A DNA stretch of 63,643 nucleotides from the NCBI GenBank assembly GCA_023382875.1, contig JAHDXH010000004.1, positions 1 to 63,643 on the forward strand, written 5' to 3'. Positions 33,050-43,215 of the stretch are shown here, piece after piece. The notes beneath the pieces were generated by a model. It ran no database searches. It was not told the origin of the DNA and saw only the letters and a program-made list of their open reading frames with translations. Source of the DNA: Patescibacteria group bacterium. Its GTDB lineage: Bacteria; Patescibacteriota; Microgenomatia; UBA1400; PJMF01. The position numbers and the translations under genes were made by a program. How positions within the stretch are numbered: position 1 is the stretch's first letter; each line of letters opens with the position of its first letter.

Positions 33050-33595
33050 TTATTGGTTAGTAGTCTGAGGTACGACTTTAGTCAGTCGCTCGCCCAAGTT
33101 GATTACTTGAGCTGTAAGACTTCCGTCTTGGTTTGGTGTGCCAACAACCATGATTGATTCACCAGTCTTGAGATCTGAAGTTGCTCCAGCTTCAGTTTTG
33201 TTGACGGTGGTTTTGTCTGAAAGTAAAACAATCTTAGTGCTACCATCTTGGCTTTTGATCGTGAGAGATTGGCCGTCTACGGCAATAATTTCGCCACTAG
33301 CTGGTCTACCTGAGCCAAGCATTCCTCCTACCTGAAAACCTTGAGTTGAGCCGCCAGTTCTCTTGATATCAAATTGTCTGTTGCCAGCGCTATCCATCAT
33401 TCGACCAGCAAAATTTCCCGACCCAAAGCCGCCGCTAAAACTTCGGCTTTGTTGAAATTTAGTGCCTGCATAAAATGAGGTTGCTCCAACGACGGCCAAA
33501 GCCGAAACTGTCAAAAGCAAATTGACAGAGGGTTTGGGCAAGTTATTTGTTTTTGTTTGATTCATATTAACCTTTCTTTTTATTTTTTTATTCAT
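33050..33595 (-). CDS. Secreted hypothetical protein, last gene of the efflux operon
   Basis: 181 aa. It has an N-terminal TM/signal helix, a Gly-rich linker and a beta-rich C-terminus (GEIIAVDGQSLTIKSQDGSTKIVLL). ATG 33595 overlaps the permease stop (ATGAATAA). An alternative ATG at 33565 has an AAAGG SD. Confidence 0.6.
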   Translation of the reverse strand: MNKKIKRKVNMNQTKTNNLPKPSVNLLLTVSALAVVGATSFYAGTKFQQSRSFSGGFGSGNFAGRMMDSAGNRQFDIKRTGGSTQGFQVGGMLGSGRPASGEIIAVDGQSLTIKSQDGSTKIVLLSDKTTVNKTEAGATSDLKTGESIMVVGTPNQDGSLTAQVINLGERLTKVVPQTTNQ

Positions 33596-34811
33596 ATCTC
33601 AATGCTTCAATAGGTTGGAGATTGGCAGCTTGTCGGGCTGGATACCAACCAAAGATGACTCCGATTGTTGCCGACACAACAAAAGCCAAAATGATTGAAG
33701 TAGGTGAGATAACAAAAGCTGAGTGAGTAATGACTGAATATAAATAAGAAGCGCCAATCCCTAGTAAAATACCAAAAGCGCCTCCGGAAAAAGTTAAGAT
33801 GACTGACTCAACTAAAAATTGAGTAATGATGTCTTTTTTCTTAGCACCTAAAGCTTTTCTTAGTCCAATTTCACGAGTGCGCTCAGTCACAGTGACTAAC
33901 ATTATGTTCATAATGCCAATTCCACCAACAAGTAGGGAAATTGCTGCAACTCCAGAAAGCAAAGTTGTGAAGGTTCCTGTAACGGAGGAGGCAGTATTGA
34001 GAATATCTTGTTGAGAAAAAATGGAAAAGTCAGCTTCGCTGGGATCGTTGAGCTTGTGTCTTTCGAGCAGTAAATAGCCAACTTCGTTTTGAGCTTGAGT
34101 CATGGCATCTTCACTGGTTGCTGTAATGGCAATTGAGGTTAAGTGACTTTTTCCAAATAATTGTTTTTGTGCGGTTGTTAGTGGCACGTAGAGAACATCA
34201 TCCTGGTTTTGGAAACCGGTCCCCCCTTTGGAAACGGTAAGGCCGATGATAGTGAAAACATTACCGTTAATTCTGACTGTTTGTCCAATTGGATCAACTC
34301 CCTCGCCAAATAAAGTTGCGGCAGTGGTTGGGCCAATTACTGCTACTTTGCTCATAGCTTTGAGATCTGTCTCGCTGATAAAAGATCCAGTAGCAATCTC
34401 GATCTTATGAACTTCCATGTAAGCCGGTGTGGAGCCGATGACATTTGTATTTGAATTGGCTTGGCTGGTGGTGATTTGGCTGCGACCTGAATATTCTGGG
34501 GAAACAGTTTTGATAACAGTGATTTGGTCGGAGTTGGCAATCGATTCGGCATCGGCGTTGGTGAGGGTAGTGCTACTACCCGGTGCACCCTGAACTCCGC
34601 CAGAGCGTTGGGCACTCGGGCTAATGGTCAAAAGATTAGATCCGAGTGACTGAATCTGCGATTCAATGGCTTTTTGACTGGCTTGACCTAATGAGACTAA
34701 CGCGATCACCGAACCAATTCCGATCACAATTCCCAGAACCGCCAAACTGGTTCGCAGTTTGTTGACTCTGAGAGTATTAATGGCTTCGCTCGCGATTTCG
34801 TAGTAATCCAT
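33588..34811 (-). CDS. ABC transporter permease, MacB/FtsX type
   Basis: 407 aa. An N-terminal TM helix, a large extracytoplasmic domain and three C-terminal TM helices (FtsX fold). The motif TERTREIGLRKALGA is present. Confidence 0.9.
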   Translation of the reverse strand: MDYYEIASEAINTLRVNKLRTSLAVLGIVIGIGSVIALVSLGQASQKAIESQIQSLGSNLLTISPSAQRSGGVQGAPGSSTTLTNADAESIANSDQITVIKTVSPEYSGRSQITTSQANSNTNVIGSTPAYMEVHKIEIATGSFISETDLKAMSKVAVIGPTTAATLFGEGVDPIGQTVRINGNVFTIIGLTVSKGGTGFQNQDDVLYVPLTTAQKQLFGKSHLTSIAITATSEDAMTQAQNEVGYLLLERHKLNDPSEADFSIFSQQDILNTASSVTGTFTTLLSGVAAISLLVGGIGIMNIMLVTVTERTREIGLRKALGAKKKDIITQFLVESVILTFSGGAFGILLGIGASYLYSVITHSAFVISPTSIILAFVVSATIGVIFGWYPARQAANLQPIEALRYE

Positions 34812-34814
34812 AGT

Positions 34815-35543
34815 TTAAATATCTTGTTGTAATTTAGCTTTGGCTTGAGTTGGTTTAAGATTAGTTTCGTCTTTATAAAGTCGGCCGTCTTTGATGTGAA
34901 TGATTCTTTGAGCATGATGGGCGATATCTGGTTCGTGAGTAATCATGATAATAGTGTGGCCTTCACGATGCAGTTTTTGAAAAATTGACATAATTTCATC
35001 TGCTTGCGATGAGGCAATATTACCTGTTGGCTCGTCTGCTAATAAAAGTGCAGGATTCATGGCAATTCCGCGGGCAATGGCTACTCTTTGTTGCTGACCA
35101 CCTGAAAGTTGATTGGTGGTGTGATAAAGCCTATGACCAAGTCCAACCATTTCTAGATATTGTTTGGCTTTTTTTTCGCTTTCCTTTTTGTCATGAGCAG
35201 CATAAGCCATGGGCAACATGACATTTTTGATGGCTGGTGTTCGTGGCAATAAATTAAAGGCTTGGAAAATAAAACCAATTTTTCGATTTCTAATATCAGA
35301 GAGTTCGTCGTCGGTTAATTTTTCTACCAGTTCCCCATCAAGAAAATACTGACCACTGCTGGGTAAATCAAGCGCACCTAAAATATGCATCAGAGTAGAT
35401 TTTCCAGATCCTGACGGACCCATGATGGCAACAAACTCACCTTTGTTCACTGTGAAGCTAATGTTCTCCAAAGCGATGGTGGTGATAGTATCAGTTTGAT
35501 AAACCTTGCTGACATTATTGAGTTCAATGATCGGTTTTTTCAT
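34815..35543 (-). CDS. ABC transporter ATP-binding protein, MacB/LolD type
   Basis: 242 aa. Walker A GPSGSGKST, signature LSGGQQQR, Walker B LLLADEPTG. Confidence 0.95.
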   Translation of the reverse strand: MKKPIIELNNVSKVYQTDTITTIALENISFTVNKGEFVAIMGPSGSGKSTLMHILGALDLPSSGQYFLDGELVEKLTDDELSDIRNRKIGFIFQAFNLLPRTPAIKNVMLPMAYAAHDKKESEKKAKQYLEMVGLGHRLYHTTNQLSGGQQQRVAIARGIAMNPALLLADEPTGNIASSQADEIMSIFQKLHREGHTIIMITHEPDIAHHAQRIIHIKDGRLYKDETNLKPTQAKAKLQQDI

Positions 35544-35553
35544 AAAAAGAAAG

Positions 35554-36774
35554 TTATCTCATTCTGAAAGTAGCGTTACCACCTCCGCCAAAACTACTAA
35601 ATGGCGAAGTGGTTTTAGTTGTTGAGCCACTGGTTGTGGTAGCACGGGTAGCGTTGATGACAACTTCGTCACCCTCATTGATTCCAGAAATAATTTCAAT
35701 TTGTGTGCCAGAAGCTAGGCCAGTTTCAACATTAACAGTTGAAGTTTGGCCATCCTTAATAACTTTGACGCTTGATTGACCGTTTTGGGTAGTGACGGCA
35801 TTGGTTGGTAGCAAGATGACTTCGTTTTTAGTATCTGTAATAATATTCGCTTGAACAGCCATGTTGGATAAAATGTCAGTTGCCGCAGTATCAAGTATAA
35901 TCGTCGCTGGGTATGAGGTGACGCCAGAGCTTACTTCTCCTGAAGTGTTGATGCTAAGAACTTTACCGGTATAAGTTTTATCTGCCAAGGCATCGACAGT
36001 AATAGTTACTTTATCGCCCTCACTAACTTTGGTGACATCAACTTCAGTCAAATTAACACTGATGGTTGGTAATGCATCAGTAACGATATTCGCTATAGTT
36101 GTTTCCTTAGTCAAAACCATGTTTTCCAAAATTGAGAGATTTTTTATTTCTCCAGAAATAGGAGCAATGATAATTGGCGAAATTTGCTTTAGTGAGCTGG
36201 CAGAATTATTCAAGGCTAATTGAGCTTGGTTGACTGCATCTTGCTGGATTTTGTAATTAGCTTCTGCGGCAAGCCACTCATTTTGAGGAACAACAAATTC
36301 TGGCAACGATCTTTTGTCTGAGTTGGTGTCTTTGTAATCTTCACTTTCAGAAAGTTCTTTATAGGTATCCCACTTACTTAGCATGTTGGCCTGAGTTGTA
36401 TATAAGTTAGCTTTGGCGCTTGCAAGAGAATTTTTAGCGGATTGGTAACTTGCCAAGGCTTGGTTATAAGCAAGTTTTGATTCTTCACTCAATTCGATCT
36501 CTGCAATCTTGGCGCCACTTTTAATTTGGGTGTTATTTTCTACGTATAATTTTTTTACGACGCCCGAGGCATTGGTAACCACAGCTTGGGTATTATTATT
36601 GTTAACGGTCCCTGAGGTGGAAACACTGACAATGAGCGAACCCTTTGTGGCAGTAGTTGTTTGGGTGGCTGTTTGTGTTCGCGGTTGCTTGGTGACTTGC
36701 CAAATAATTAAGCCACTAACAATTAATAAAATTAGAGCAACAATAATTTTGAGATGACGATAGGTAAAATTCAT
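35554..36774 (-). CDS. Efflux periplasmic adaptor (HlyD/MacA family)
   Basis: 406 aa. N-terminal TM anchor, coiled-coil hairpin region and beta-barrel C-terminus. It sits upstream of the MacB-type ATPase and permease. Confidence 0.8.
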   Translation of the reverse strand: MNFTYRHLKIIVALILLIVSGLIIWQVTKQPRTQTATQTTTATKGSLIVSVSTSGTVNNNNTQAVVTNASGVVKKLYVENNTQIKSGAKIAEIELSEESKLAYNQALASYQSAKNSLASAKANLYTTQANMLSKWDTYKELSESEDYKDTNSDKRSLPEFVVPQNEWLAAEANYKIQQDAVNQAQLALNNSASSLKQISPIIIAPISGEIKNLSILENMVLTKETTIANIVTDALPTISVNLTEVDVTKVSEGDKVTITVDALADKTYTGKVLSINTSGEVSSGVTSYPATIILDTAATDILSNMAVQANIITDTKNEVILLPTNAVTTQNGQSSVKVIKDGQTSTVNVETGLASGTQIEIISGINEGDEVVINATRATTTSGSTTKTTSPFSSFGGGGNATFRMR

Positions 36775-36808
36775 AAGAGAATTCTACTAATCTTCTCTTA
36801 AGATTTGC

Positions 36809-37834
36809 TTAAGATGGGAAAACTAAAGTCACGACAGTACCGATGTTCTCTTTGCTTGAGATATTGATATCGGCGTCTTGAGCCTTCATGAGTTTTTTGG
36901 CAATCGCCAGTCCCAAGCCGTAACCGTTGGTAGCTGATCGAGATTTGTCGGCACGGTAGAAGCGTTCAAAAATATGTTCGAGATCATCTTGGTTAATACC
37001 TATGCCATTGTCAGAGATGGAAATCTTAGTTTGTGTATCAGTCTGTTTGACGCTAATTTTGATAGTAGAATCAGAATTTGAGTATTTGATGGCGTTATCA
37101 ATTAAGATGATTAAAGTTTCAACCAGATAATCAAAGTTAGCGTTTAGTTGACTGTCAATTTGAGAAATTTTGAAACTAATATTTTTCTTTTTGGCAAGTG
37201 AGTTGGTTTTTTTAATTGCTGTGGTGACAGCTTTTTTCAAAGATACTTTTTCGAGCTCTATTTTTTCTAATACCCCAACTTGCGCTAATTGTAAAAGTTG
37301 ATCAGTTAAACTCTGCAAGGTAGAAACTTCTTCTAAATTACTAGAAATTAAGTGGCGCGCTGCTTTATCGTTAATGTTTTTTTCCAATAGCTGACTTTCC
37401 AACTCGGCTCGAAGTACGGCAAGGGGAGTTCTTAATTCATGAGAAGCATTGGAAATAAAGTCATTTTGTTCATTGACCATTTTTTGAATTGGTTTGAGAG
37501 TTTGCCCGGCCAAAAAATAGCTAGCAATTCCTGATAAAACTAAAATTAAGCTATTGATTGAAAGCAATGATACGATAGATTTTCGGCGCAGGTTTTTAAG
37601 TTCTTCAATTGTTGGAGAGTAAAGTGGAGTGGTGCCAAAAACTCTTTGCATTGGCAGTCTCACTGCTAATCCACTTTCTTGAATTTTTTGATCCATTTCC
37701 ATGCGATTGATTATTCTTTGTAATTCACGAGTCGAGACTTGATAAAAACCAAAGCTAAATAAGCTCATGATAATCGCAATAATTAGTACATACCATAGAG
37801 TTAATTTGATTCTGGCTGTTTGAAAAATTATCAT
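36809..37834 (-). CDS. Sensor histidine kinase
   Basis: 341 aa. Two TM helices, H-box SHELRTPL, an N box (DNAIKYS) and a G box (GYGLGLAIA). Confidence 0.9.
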   Translation of the reverse strand: MIIFQTARIKLTLWYVLIIAIIMSLFSFGFYQVSTRELQRIINRMEMDQKIQESGLAVRLPMQRVFGTTPLYSPTIEELKNLRRKSIVSLLSINSLILVLSGIASYFLAGQTLKPIQKMVNEQNDFISNASHELRTPLAVLRAELESQLLEKNINDKAARHLISSNLEEVSTLQSLTDQLLQLAQVGVLEKIELEKVSLKKAVTTAIKKTNSLAKKKNISFKISQIDSQLNANFDYLVETLIILIDNAIKYSNSDSTIKISVKQTDTQTKISISDNGIGINQDDLEHIFERFYRADKSRSATNGYGLGLAIAKKLMKAQDADINISSKENIGTVVTLVFPS

Positions 37835-38502
37835 GTTTGATTTTCTATCATATAGCCAAAGCCACGAATAGTTTGAATGAGAGGCGGCTGAAATTTTTTG
37901 TCAATTTTATCGCGCAAATGCTTGACGTGAACTTCAACTGTTGTGGGTAAAACATCACTATTATAGTCCCAAACATGGTTGACAATTTGTTCTTTGGAAA
38001 CTATTTTTCCAGCGTTTTTCATTAAATACTCTAAAATTGAGAATTCTCTGCTGGAAAGATAAATATTTTGATCAGCTCTCGTGACTTTAAAGTTTTTCGT
38101 ATCAAGTGATAGGTCGGAAATGTTAAGTAAGTTAGTTTGAGTTTGGACTCGTCTTGTTAATGCATTAATTCTAGCTAAAAGCTCTTCTAAGGCAAAAGGT
38201 TTGACCATGTAATCATCTGCGCCACAGTTGAGTCCTGCAACCCTATCACGAACCTGTCCTTTAGCGGTTAACATGACAATGGGCAACTGATTATCAGTGG
38301 CTCTTAGTTCCTCGCAAATTTCTAAACCCGTCATTTTGGGCAACATGATGTCTAAAATTAGCAAATCAAATTTTTTAGTGATCGCTAGCTCATAACCAGA
38401 TTCCCCGTCAAAGGCAATGCTAGTTTCATAGCCAGACAACTCTAGCGCCCTTTGGATGGCTTTAGCCAGTTTTACTTCATCTTCTACGATCAGAATTTTC
38501 AT
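37831..38502 (-). CDS. OmpR-family response regulator
   Basis: 223 aa. A receiver domain (ILIVEDE, LLILDIMLP, K in MLTAK) plus a winged-helix C-terminus (IQTIRGFGY). Its stop overlaps the kinase start. Confidence 0.95.
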   Translation of the reverse strand: MKILIVEDEVKLAKAIQRALELSGYETSIAFDGESGYELAITKKFDLLILDIMLPKMTGLEICEELRATDNQLPIVMLTAKGQVRDRVAGLNCGADDYMVKPFALEELLARINALTRRVQTQTNLLNISDLSLDTKNFKVTRADQNIYLSSREFSILEYLMKNAGKIVSKEQIVNHVWDYNSDVLPTTVEVHVKHLRDKIDKKFQPPLIQTIRGFGYMIENQT

Positions 38503-38577
38503 TGTCTGGTATTGTACCTCCTTTTTCTCAAATTTTGCTTAAATTACCCTCATACCCTGTTATATAATGGCTACATT

Positions 38578-41211
38578 GTGTCAAAAAAAACTAATCCCCT
38601 TCCTTTTTATTCATTAAGCATTGAAGATGTTAGGCATCAGCTTAAATCAGATTTAGCCAATGGTTTATCTCAAAGTGAGGCTGAAAAACGCCTGTTAGAG
38701 TTTGGCCATAATTCACTTCCTGAATTACCCAAAGATCCATGGTGGAAAAAATTCTTGTCACAATTTCAAGACTTTTTGATTTATATCTTAATCGCTGGCT
38801 TGGTCTTTTCTTTTCTAGCTGGTGAATATGTAGACGGCATTGTGATTTTAACCATTGTTCTTGGTAATGCTATTTTAGCCTTCATTCAAGAGAATAAAGC
38901 CGAAAAAGATTTGGAGGAAATTCAAAAAATCTCGGCGCCTTATTGTATGGTTAAGCGGGGAGGAAAAATTGAAAAAATCCCTGCCACTGATGTTGTTGTG
39001 GGTGACATTTTGGTTTTGGAAACTGGAGACCAAATTGCCGCTGATGCTCGATTGATTAGTTTGGTTAAACTTGAGGTAGATGAGTCATCTTTGACCGGTG
39101 AATCTAAGTTTGTCAAAAAACAACTTGATCCTGTTGATGAAGAGATGAATTTGGCCGACCGTACTAATATGCTTTATAAGCACTCATTGGTTCGCTACGG
39201 TCGTGGCGAAGCTTTAGTGACGGCTATTGGCGTCGAAACTGAAATCGGTAAGATCGCTGAGAAACTGATGGTAACCGAAAAAATGCCAACTCCACTGGAA
39301 AAACAGTTGGAACACTTAGGTAAAAAATTGGGCATGATTGCTCTATTTATTTGTAGTTTGATTTTCCTTTTGAATTGGTTATATCGCGGCAATCCATTTG
39401 TTCATGCGATCATCGACTCTGTTTCTTTGGCAATCGCGGTGGTTCCTGAGGGTTTGCCTGCGATCGTGACGATTTGTTTGGCCATTGGTGTTCAAGCAAT
39501 GAGAAAGAAAAATGCCATTGTCAGACATTTGCCAGCTATCGAAACTTTAGGCTCGACTGATTTTATTTGTACTGACAAAACTGGCACTATTACTGAAGGC
39601 GAAATGAGAGCAGTTTCTGCTTATTTTGACGGCGCAGCTCATTTATTTAGAGATCTTAAAGACAAAAAAGTGGAACAAAGTTTTTCTCGTCTGATGGAAA
39701 TAGCTATTTCTTGTAATAACGCGACAGACAATTCTGGTTCACCCACCGAAGTCGCGCTTTTCCAAGTGGCCAAAGATTTTGAGGCTAAGAGTCAGAAGAA
39801 GGTTGATGAAAATCCTTTTGATTCTGCGAGAAAAGCGATGAGTACTGTGCATAAGATTGGTTCTAATTTGATGGTGATGGCCAAAGGTTCTCCTGAGGCA
39901 ATTTTAGCCAACTCCACTCATATCTTGGAAAAAGGTAAGGTGCAAAAAATGACTCCAGCTAAAATGGAGAAGATCAGTCACGACTTGTCTGAAATTTCTA
40001 GACAAGGTTTGAGAGTCTTGGCTTTTGCCTACAAAGATCAATTAAAATCAGTGCCAAAATCAGTCAAGGGTGCTGAGAGCGAATTAGTTTTTGTTGGCTT
40101 TGTTGGGCTTAAAGACCCAATTAGAGTTGAAGCTAAAAAATCTATCGCTGAGCTCAAAAAAGCTGGTATTACTGCCATCATGATTACTGGCGATCAACAC
40201 GAAACTGCTTTCATCATAGCCAAAGAAGCTGGTATTTTGGATGATGACGACGAGTTAGAAACTAGTGTTGTTCATGGTAAAGATCTTAAGGCTATGTCCG
40301 ACGAACAGCTTCGCAATATTTGTGAAAATGTTAAAGTTTATGCTCGGGTTGAGCCCAATGACAAATTGAGAATTGTTCAAGCCCTTCAATCCAAAAATCA
40401 TATTGTGGCTATGTCGGGTGATGGTATTAATGACTCACCAGCAATCAAGGCTTCAGATATTGGTTTAGCGATGGGTATTAGAGGGACTGAAGTGACTAAG
40501 AGTGTAGCTGACGTGGTTTTGGTTGATGATAATTACTCCACCATTGTTTCAGCTGTTGCTAACGGTAGAGTTATCTTACGCAACATCAAATTCTTTACCT
40601 CATATTTGTTGTCTTGCAATGCAGCGGAAATTTTGATCGTGCTGTTTGCAGTTTTGGCTGGTTTGCCTATGCCACTCAATGCTCGTTTGCTCTTATGGCT
40701 TAACGTGGTGTCTGACTTCTTACCAGCTCTAGCTATGTCATACGAACCATTCCGCGCTTCAATTATGCGCCGTGGTCCCAACCCCGCTGGTGCCCCTGTG
40801 ATTGATCGAAGAATGTGGATTCATATTAGTGTCCAGACCATTATTTCTTCTGTGGTGGTGTTCTTGGCTTATGTTCACTATGACCACATTTCTCACGAAA
40901 CAGGTATGACCGCAGCGTTTGTGGTGTTGGCGATGGCTGAAGTATTTAGAGCCTTAACCGCCAGATCTCACATCTTCTCAATTTTTGAGATTGGTCCATT
41001 CAAAAATAAATTTAGCAATTTGGCGATTGTAGTTTCTTCAGCTTTGGTTTTGGCTTTAGTCTATGTGCCTTTTATGAGAGAAATCTTTGATACTGTTCAT
41101 TTGGATTTCTCAGTTTTGTCGAAACTACTTGCTCTTGCTTTGATCATGCCAGTAGCAGAAGAAGTGACCAAGTGGTTAATCAGGAAATTGAATATTCAAG
41201 CTTATGGCTAA
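38578..41211 (+). CDS. P-type cation-transporting ATPase (type IIA, Ca2+-ATPase-like)
   Basis: Motifs TGES, ICTDKTGTIT, MITGD and GDGINDSPA, with 10 TM segments. GTG 38578 is preferred because the track start at 38452 overlaps the divergent regulator gene. TGtTATATAAT box at 38558-38568. Confidence 0.9.
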   Translation: MSKKTNPLPFYSLSIEDVRHQLKSDLANGLSQSEAEKRLLEFGHNSLPELPKDPWWKKFLSQFQDFLIYILIAGLVFSFLAGEYVDGIVILTIVLGNAILAFIQENKAEKDLEEIQKISAPYCMVKRGGKIEKIPATDVVVGDILVLETGDQIAADARLISLVKLEVDESSLTGESKFVKKQLDPVDEEMNLADRTNMLYKHSLVRYGRGEALVTAIGVETEIGKIAEKLMVTEKMPTPLEKQLEHLGKKLGMIALFICSLIFLLNWLYRGNPFVHAIIDSVSLAIAVVPEGLPAIVTICLAIGVQAMRKKNAIVRHLPAIETLGSTDFICTDKTGTITEGEMRAVSAYFDGAAHLFRDLKDKKVEQSFSRLMEIAISCNNATDNSGSPTEVALFQVAKDFEAKSQKKVDENPFDSARKAMSTVHKIGSNLMVMAKGSPEAILANSTHILEKGKVQKMTPAKMEKISHDLSEISRQGLRVLAFAYKDQLKSVPKSVKGAESELVFVGFVGLKDPIRVEAKKSIAELKKAGITAIMITGDQHETAFIIAKEAGILDDDDELETSVVHGKDLKAMSDEQLRNICENVKVYARVEPNDKLRIVQALQSKNHIVAMSGDGINDSPAIKASDIGLAMGIRGTEVTKSVADVVLVDDNYSTIVSAVANGRVILRNIKFFTSYLLSCNAAEILIVLFAVLAGLPMPLNARLLLWLNVVSDFLPALAMSYEPFRASIMRRGPNPAGAPVIDRRMWIHISVQTIISSVVVFLAYVHYDHISHETGMTAAFVVLAMAEVFRALTARSHIFSIFEIGPFKNKFSNLAIVVSSALVLALVYVPFMREIFDTVHLDFSVLSKLLALALIMPVAEEVTKWLIRKLNIQAYG

Positions 41212-41818
41212 TCAAACTGATTTGATCAGAGATGGTTATGACCAAATGGCAGAGGCCTATGCTAATGAGCGTCATTATTTGAGAAGTGACAAATATTTGC
41301 GCAAGTTGGAGCAAGTTATTCCTAGACAAGCTTCTATTTTGGATCTTGGTTGCGGCAATGGTATTCCAGTGGCGGAAAGTTTGCTCAAAAAAGGTTATTT
41401 GGTGACTGGGTTAGATATTTCTCCAGTGCAAATTAAAGCTGCTAGGAAAAATTGTCCAAGAGGAGAATTTTTAGTGGCTGACCTTTTGGAGTTAAAACCG
41501 CATGAATATTCTGTGGAGGCCATAGTCGCTTTTTACTCAATTTTCCATTTACCTAGAAAAAAACATTTAAGATTTTTGCAAACCCTCAATACTTTTTTGC
41601 CGATTGGTGGTTGGATCTTGATAACAATGGGCGATAAGGATTTTGAAGGTTTTCATCGTTTGCATGGAGTGAAAATGTGGTCTAGTCATTATGATCCAGT
41701 TAAAAATTCTTATTTGGTTGGTGATGCTGGTTTTGAAATTGAGTTGGATGAAATTGACTTAAGTAGCCGCGAAAAACATCAGATAATTTTGGCCAGAAAA
41801 GTTCAGGATTTGGAATAA
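41204..41818 (+). CDS. Class I SAM-dependent methyltransferase
   Basis: 204 aa. Motif I reads ILDLGCGNG. It overlaps the ATPase stop by 8 nt. Confidence 0.85.
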   Translation: MANQTDLIRDGYDQMAEAYANERHYLRSDKYLRKLEQVIPRQASILDLGCGNGIPVAESLLKKGYLVTGLDISPVQIKAARKNCPRGEFLVADLLELKPHEYSVEAIVAFYSIFHLPRKKHLRFLQTLNTFLPIGGWILITMGDKDFEGFHRLHGVKMWSSHYDPVKNSYLVGDAGFEIELDEIDLSSREKHQIILARKVQDLE

Positions 41819-41879
41819 GACTCAGCCAAATCCGATCAGTCTTTTCAACATATCAAAAGAGGTATAAACTGTATCCATT

Positions 41880-43211
41880 ATGTCTAATCAAGCAGAGAGA
41901 TATGCTGTTTTAGGCGAGCACTTTTATCAACCAACCCGCAAGGCTACTCACCATAGATTGGCTGACCAAGTGACCACTTCCGACGGCATCAACTGGAATA
42001 AAGTTATTGCCGAACAATGTTATATTCCCCAAACCCAACGCGGCACGCTCAATGAAGTTTCCTTTGATTTTTTTGCCACGATTAGACGGGAGATGCTGGG
42101 AATTGCACCAGAGGAAGCGATTAAATTGAAAGAGGCGATGAAAAGTCGCGGGGTCGGTGATCCTTTCCTTCATGTTCTTTTGCCAGATTTGTCTTATCAG
42201 GATAAAAAAATCTTGATTGAAGCTGGTTATTTAGCTTTTCAAAGAGAAACGGGAGTTGCACCTTCTTGGTTTTGGCCGCCAGAAACGGCTTTGGACGATG
42301 AAACTTTGAGGGTTTTAGCAGAAGTTGGTTATAAAGGAGTACTTTGTGCGCCCGAGCAAATTGATGGCATTGGTGGTGATGCAGACAGTCGGCCGATTGA
42401 AATAAGTTTGGCAAGCGGTCATAAAATTTTAGCTTTGCCTTTTGATCGACCATTTTCTTCGGGATTGGCTTTTTCCAACAAATCTAATGCTGATGATTAC
42501 ACTTGGCAAAATATTGTGCCAAGGATTATGAGACTCCCCCAATCTCAACCTTTAGTGGGTTGGACAGATGGTGAAACTTTTGGTCATCATGCCAAGTTTG
42601 CTGATTTATTTTTGCATCATTTGGCCACAGTTAGCTTGCCAACGGCAGGCGTGTCCATGTTGGGTATTAATGAAATTGATCGGGTTTGGGAACCTGAGGA
42701 TTACGCTCATGGTGTGCTGAGGCAAAGAACAGCTTGGAGCTGTCCACACGGTGATTTGGTTCGTTGGCATGGAGCATGCCCTTGTGATGGTGGTCATGAT
42801 GGAAAATGGAAGGAAGCCTTTTATGATGGTTTACATCAATTGAATCGCCAGGTGAACCAAGTGGTTAGCAGTGAGTTGAGTGGTAATTGGGAAGGGCAGT
42901 TGGCGGAAGATTTTGCTGGAGCATTTTATTTTTCTGGTACTCAAAATAGTGAGTTGTCTTTATTGGCAGCCAAAGCCTCTTCGTTAGGCGCTGTGATTAG
43001 TTGTGGTACATTTTTTGATAATCCTCAAACGTCTGGACGAATTAATGTGCTGATGGCTAGACAAGCTCTGGAAAATCTTCATGATGCAGGTTATGGGCAA
43101 GTTGCCACAACGATTGAGAGAGGTTTGATAACCAGATTCAAGCAGGGAGTTGATCCATCAACTAATCAAACTCTGGATGTGGTTTTCAAAGACATATTTA
43201 CCGCTAGCTAA
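41880..43211 (+). CDS. Glycoside hydrolase family 57-like protein
   Basis: 443 aa. GH57-type conserved regions are HFYQPTR (HQP-type), WFWPPETA (nucleophile Glu region) and TDGETFGHH (acid/base Asp region). Confidence 0.7.
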   Translation: MSNQAERYAVLGEHFYQPTRKATHHRLADQVTTSDGINWNKVIAEQCYIPQTQRGTLNEVSFDFFATIRREMLGIAPEEAIKLKEAMKSRGVGDPFLHVLLPDLSYQDKKILIEAGYLAFQRETGVAPSWFWPPETALDDETLRVLAEVGYKGVLCAPEQIDGIGGDADSRPIEISLASGHKILALPFDRPFSSGLAFSNKSNADDYTWQNIVPRIMRLPQSQPLVGWTDGETFGHHAKFADLFLHHLATVSLPTAGVSMLGINEIDRVWEPEDYAHGVLRQRTAWSCPHGDLVRWHGACPCDGGHDGKWKEAFYDGLHQLNRQVNQVVSSELSGNWEGQLAEDFAGAFYFSGTQNSELSLLAAKASSLGAVISCGTFFDNPQTSGRINVLMARQALENLHDAGYGQVATTIERGLITRFKQGVDPSTNQTLDVVFKDIFTAS

Positions 43212-43215
43212 GTTT

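Noticed and set aside
38452-38577. N-terminal extension of the P-type ATPase ORF given in the track, starting at 38452.
   Set aside because: It overlaps the 5' end of the divergent response-regulator gene and encodes a Phe/Leu/Tyr-rich, composition-driven peptide. The ATPase homology begins after GTG 38578, which also has a -10-like box just upstream.
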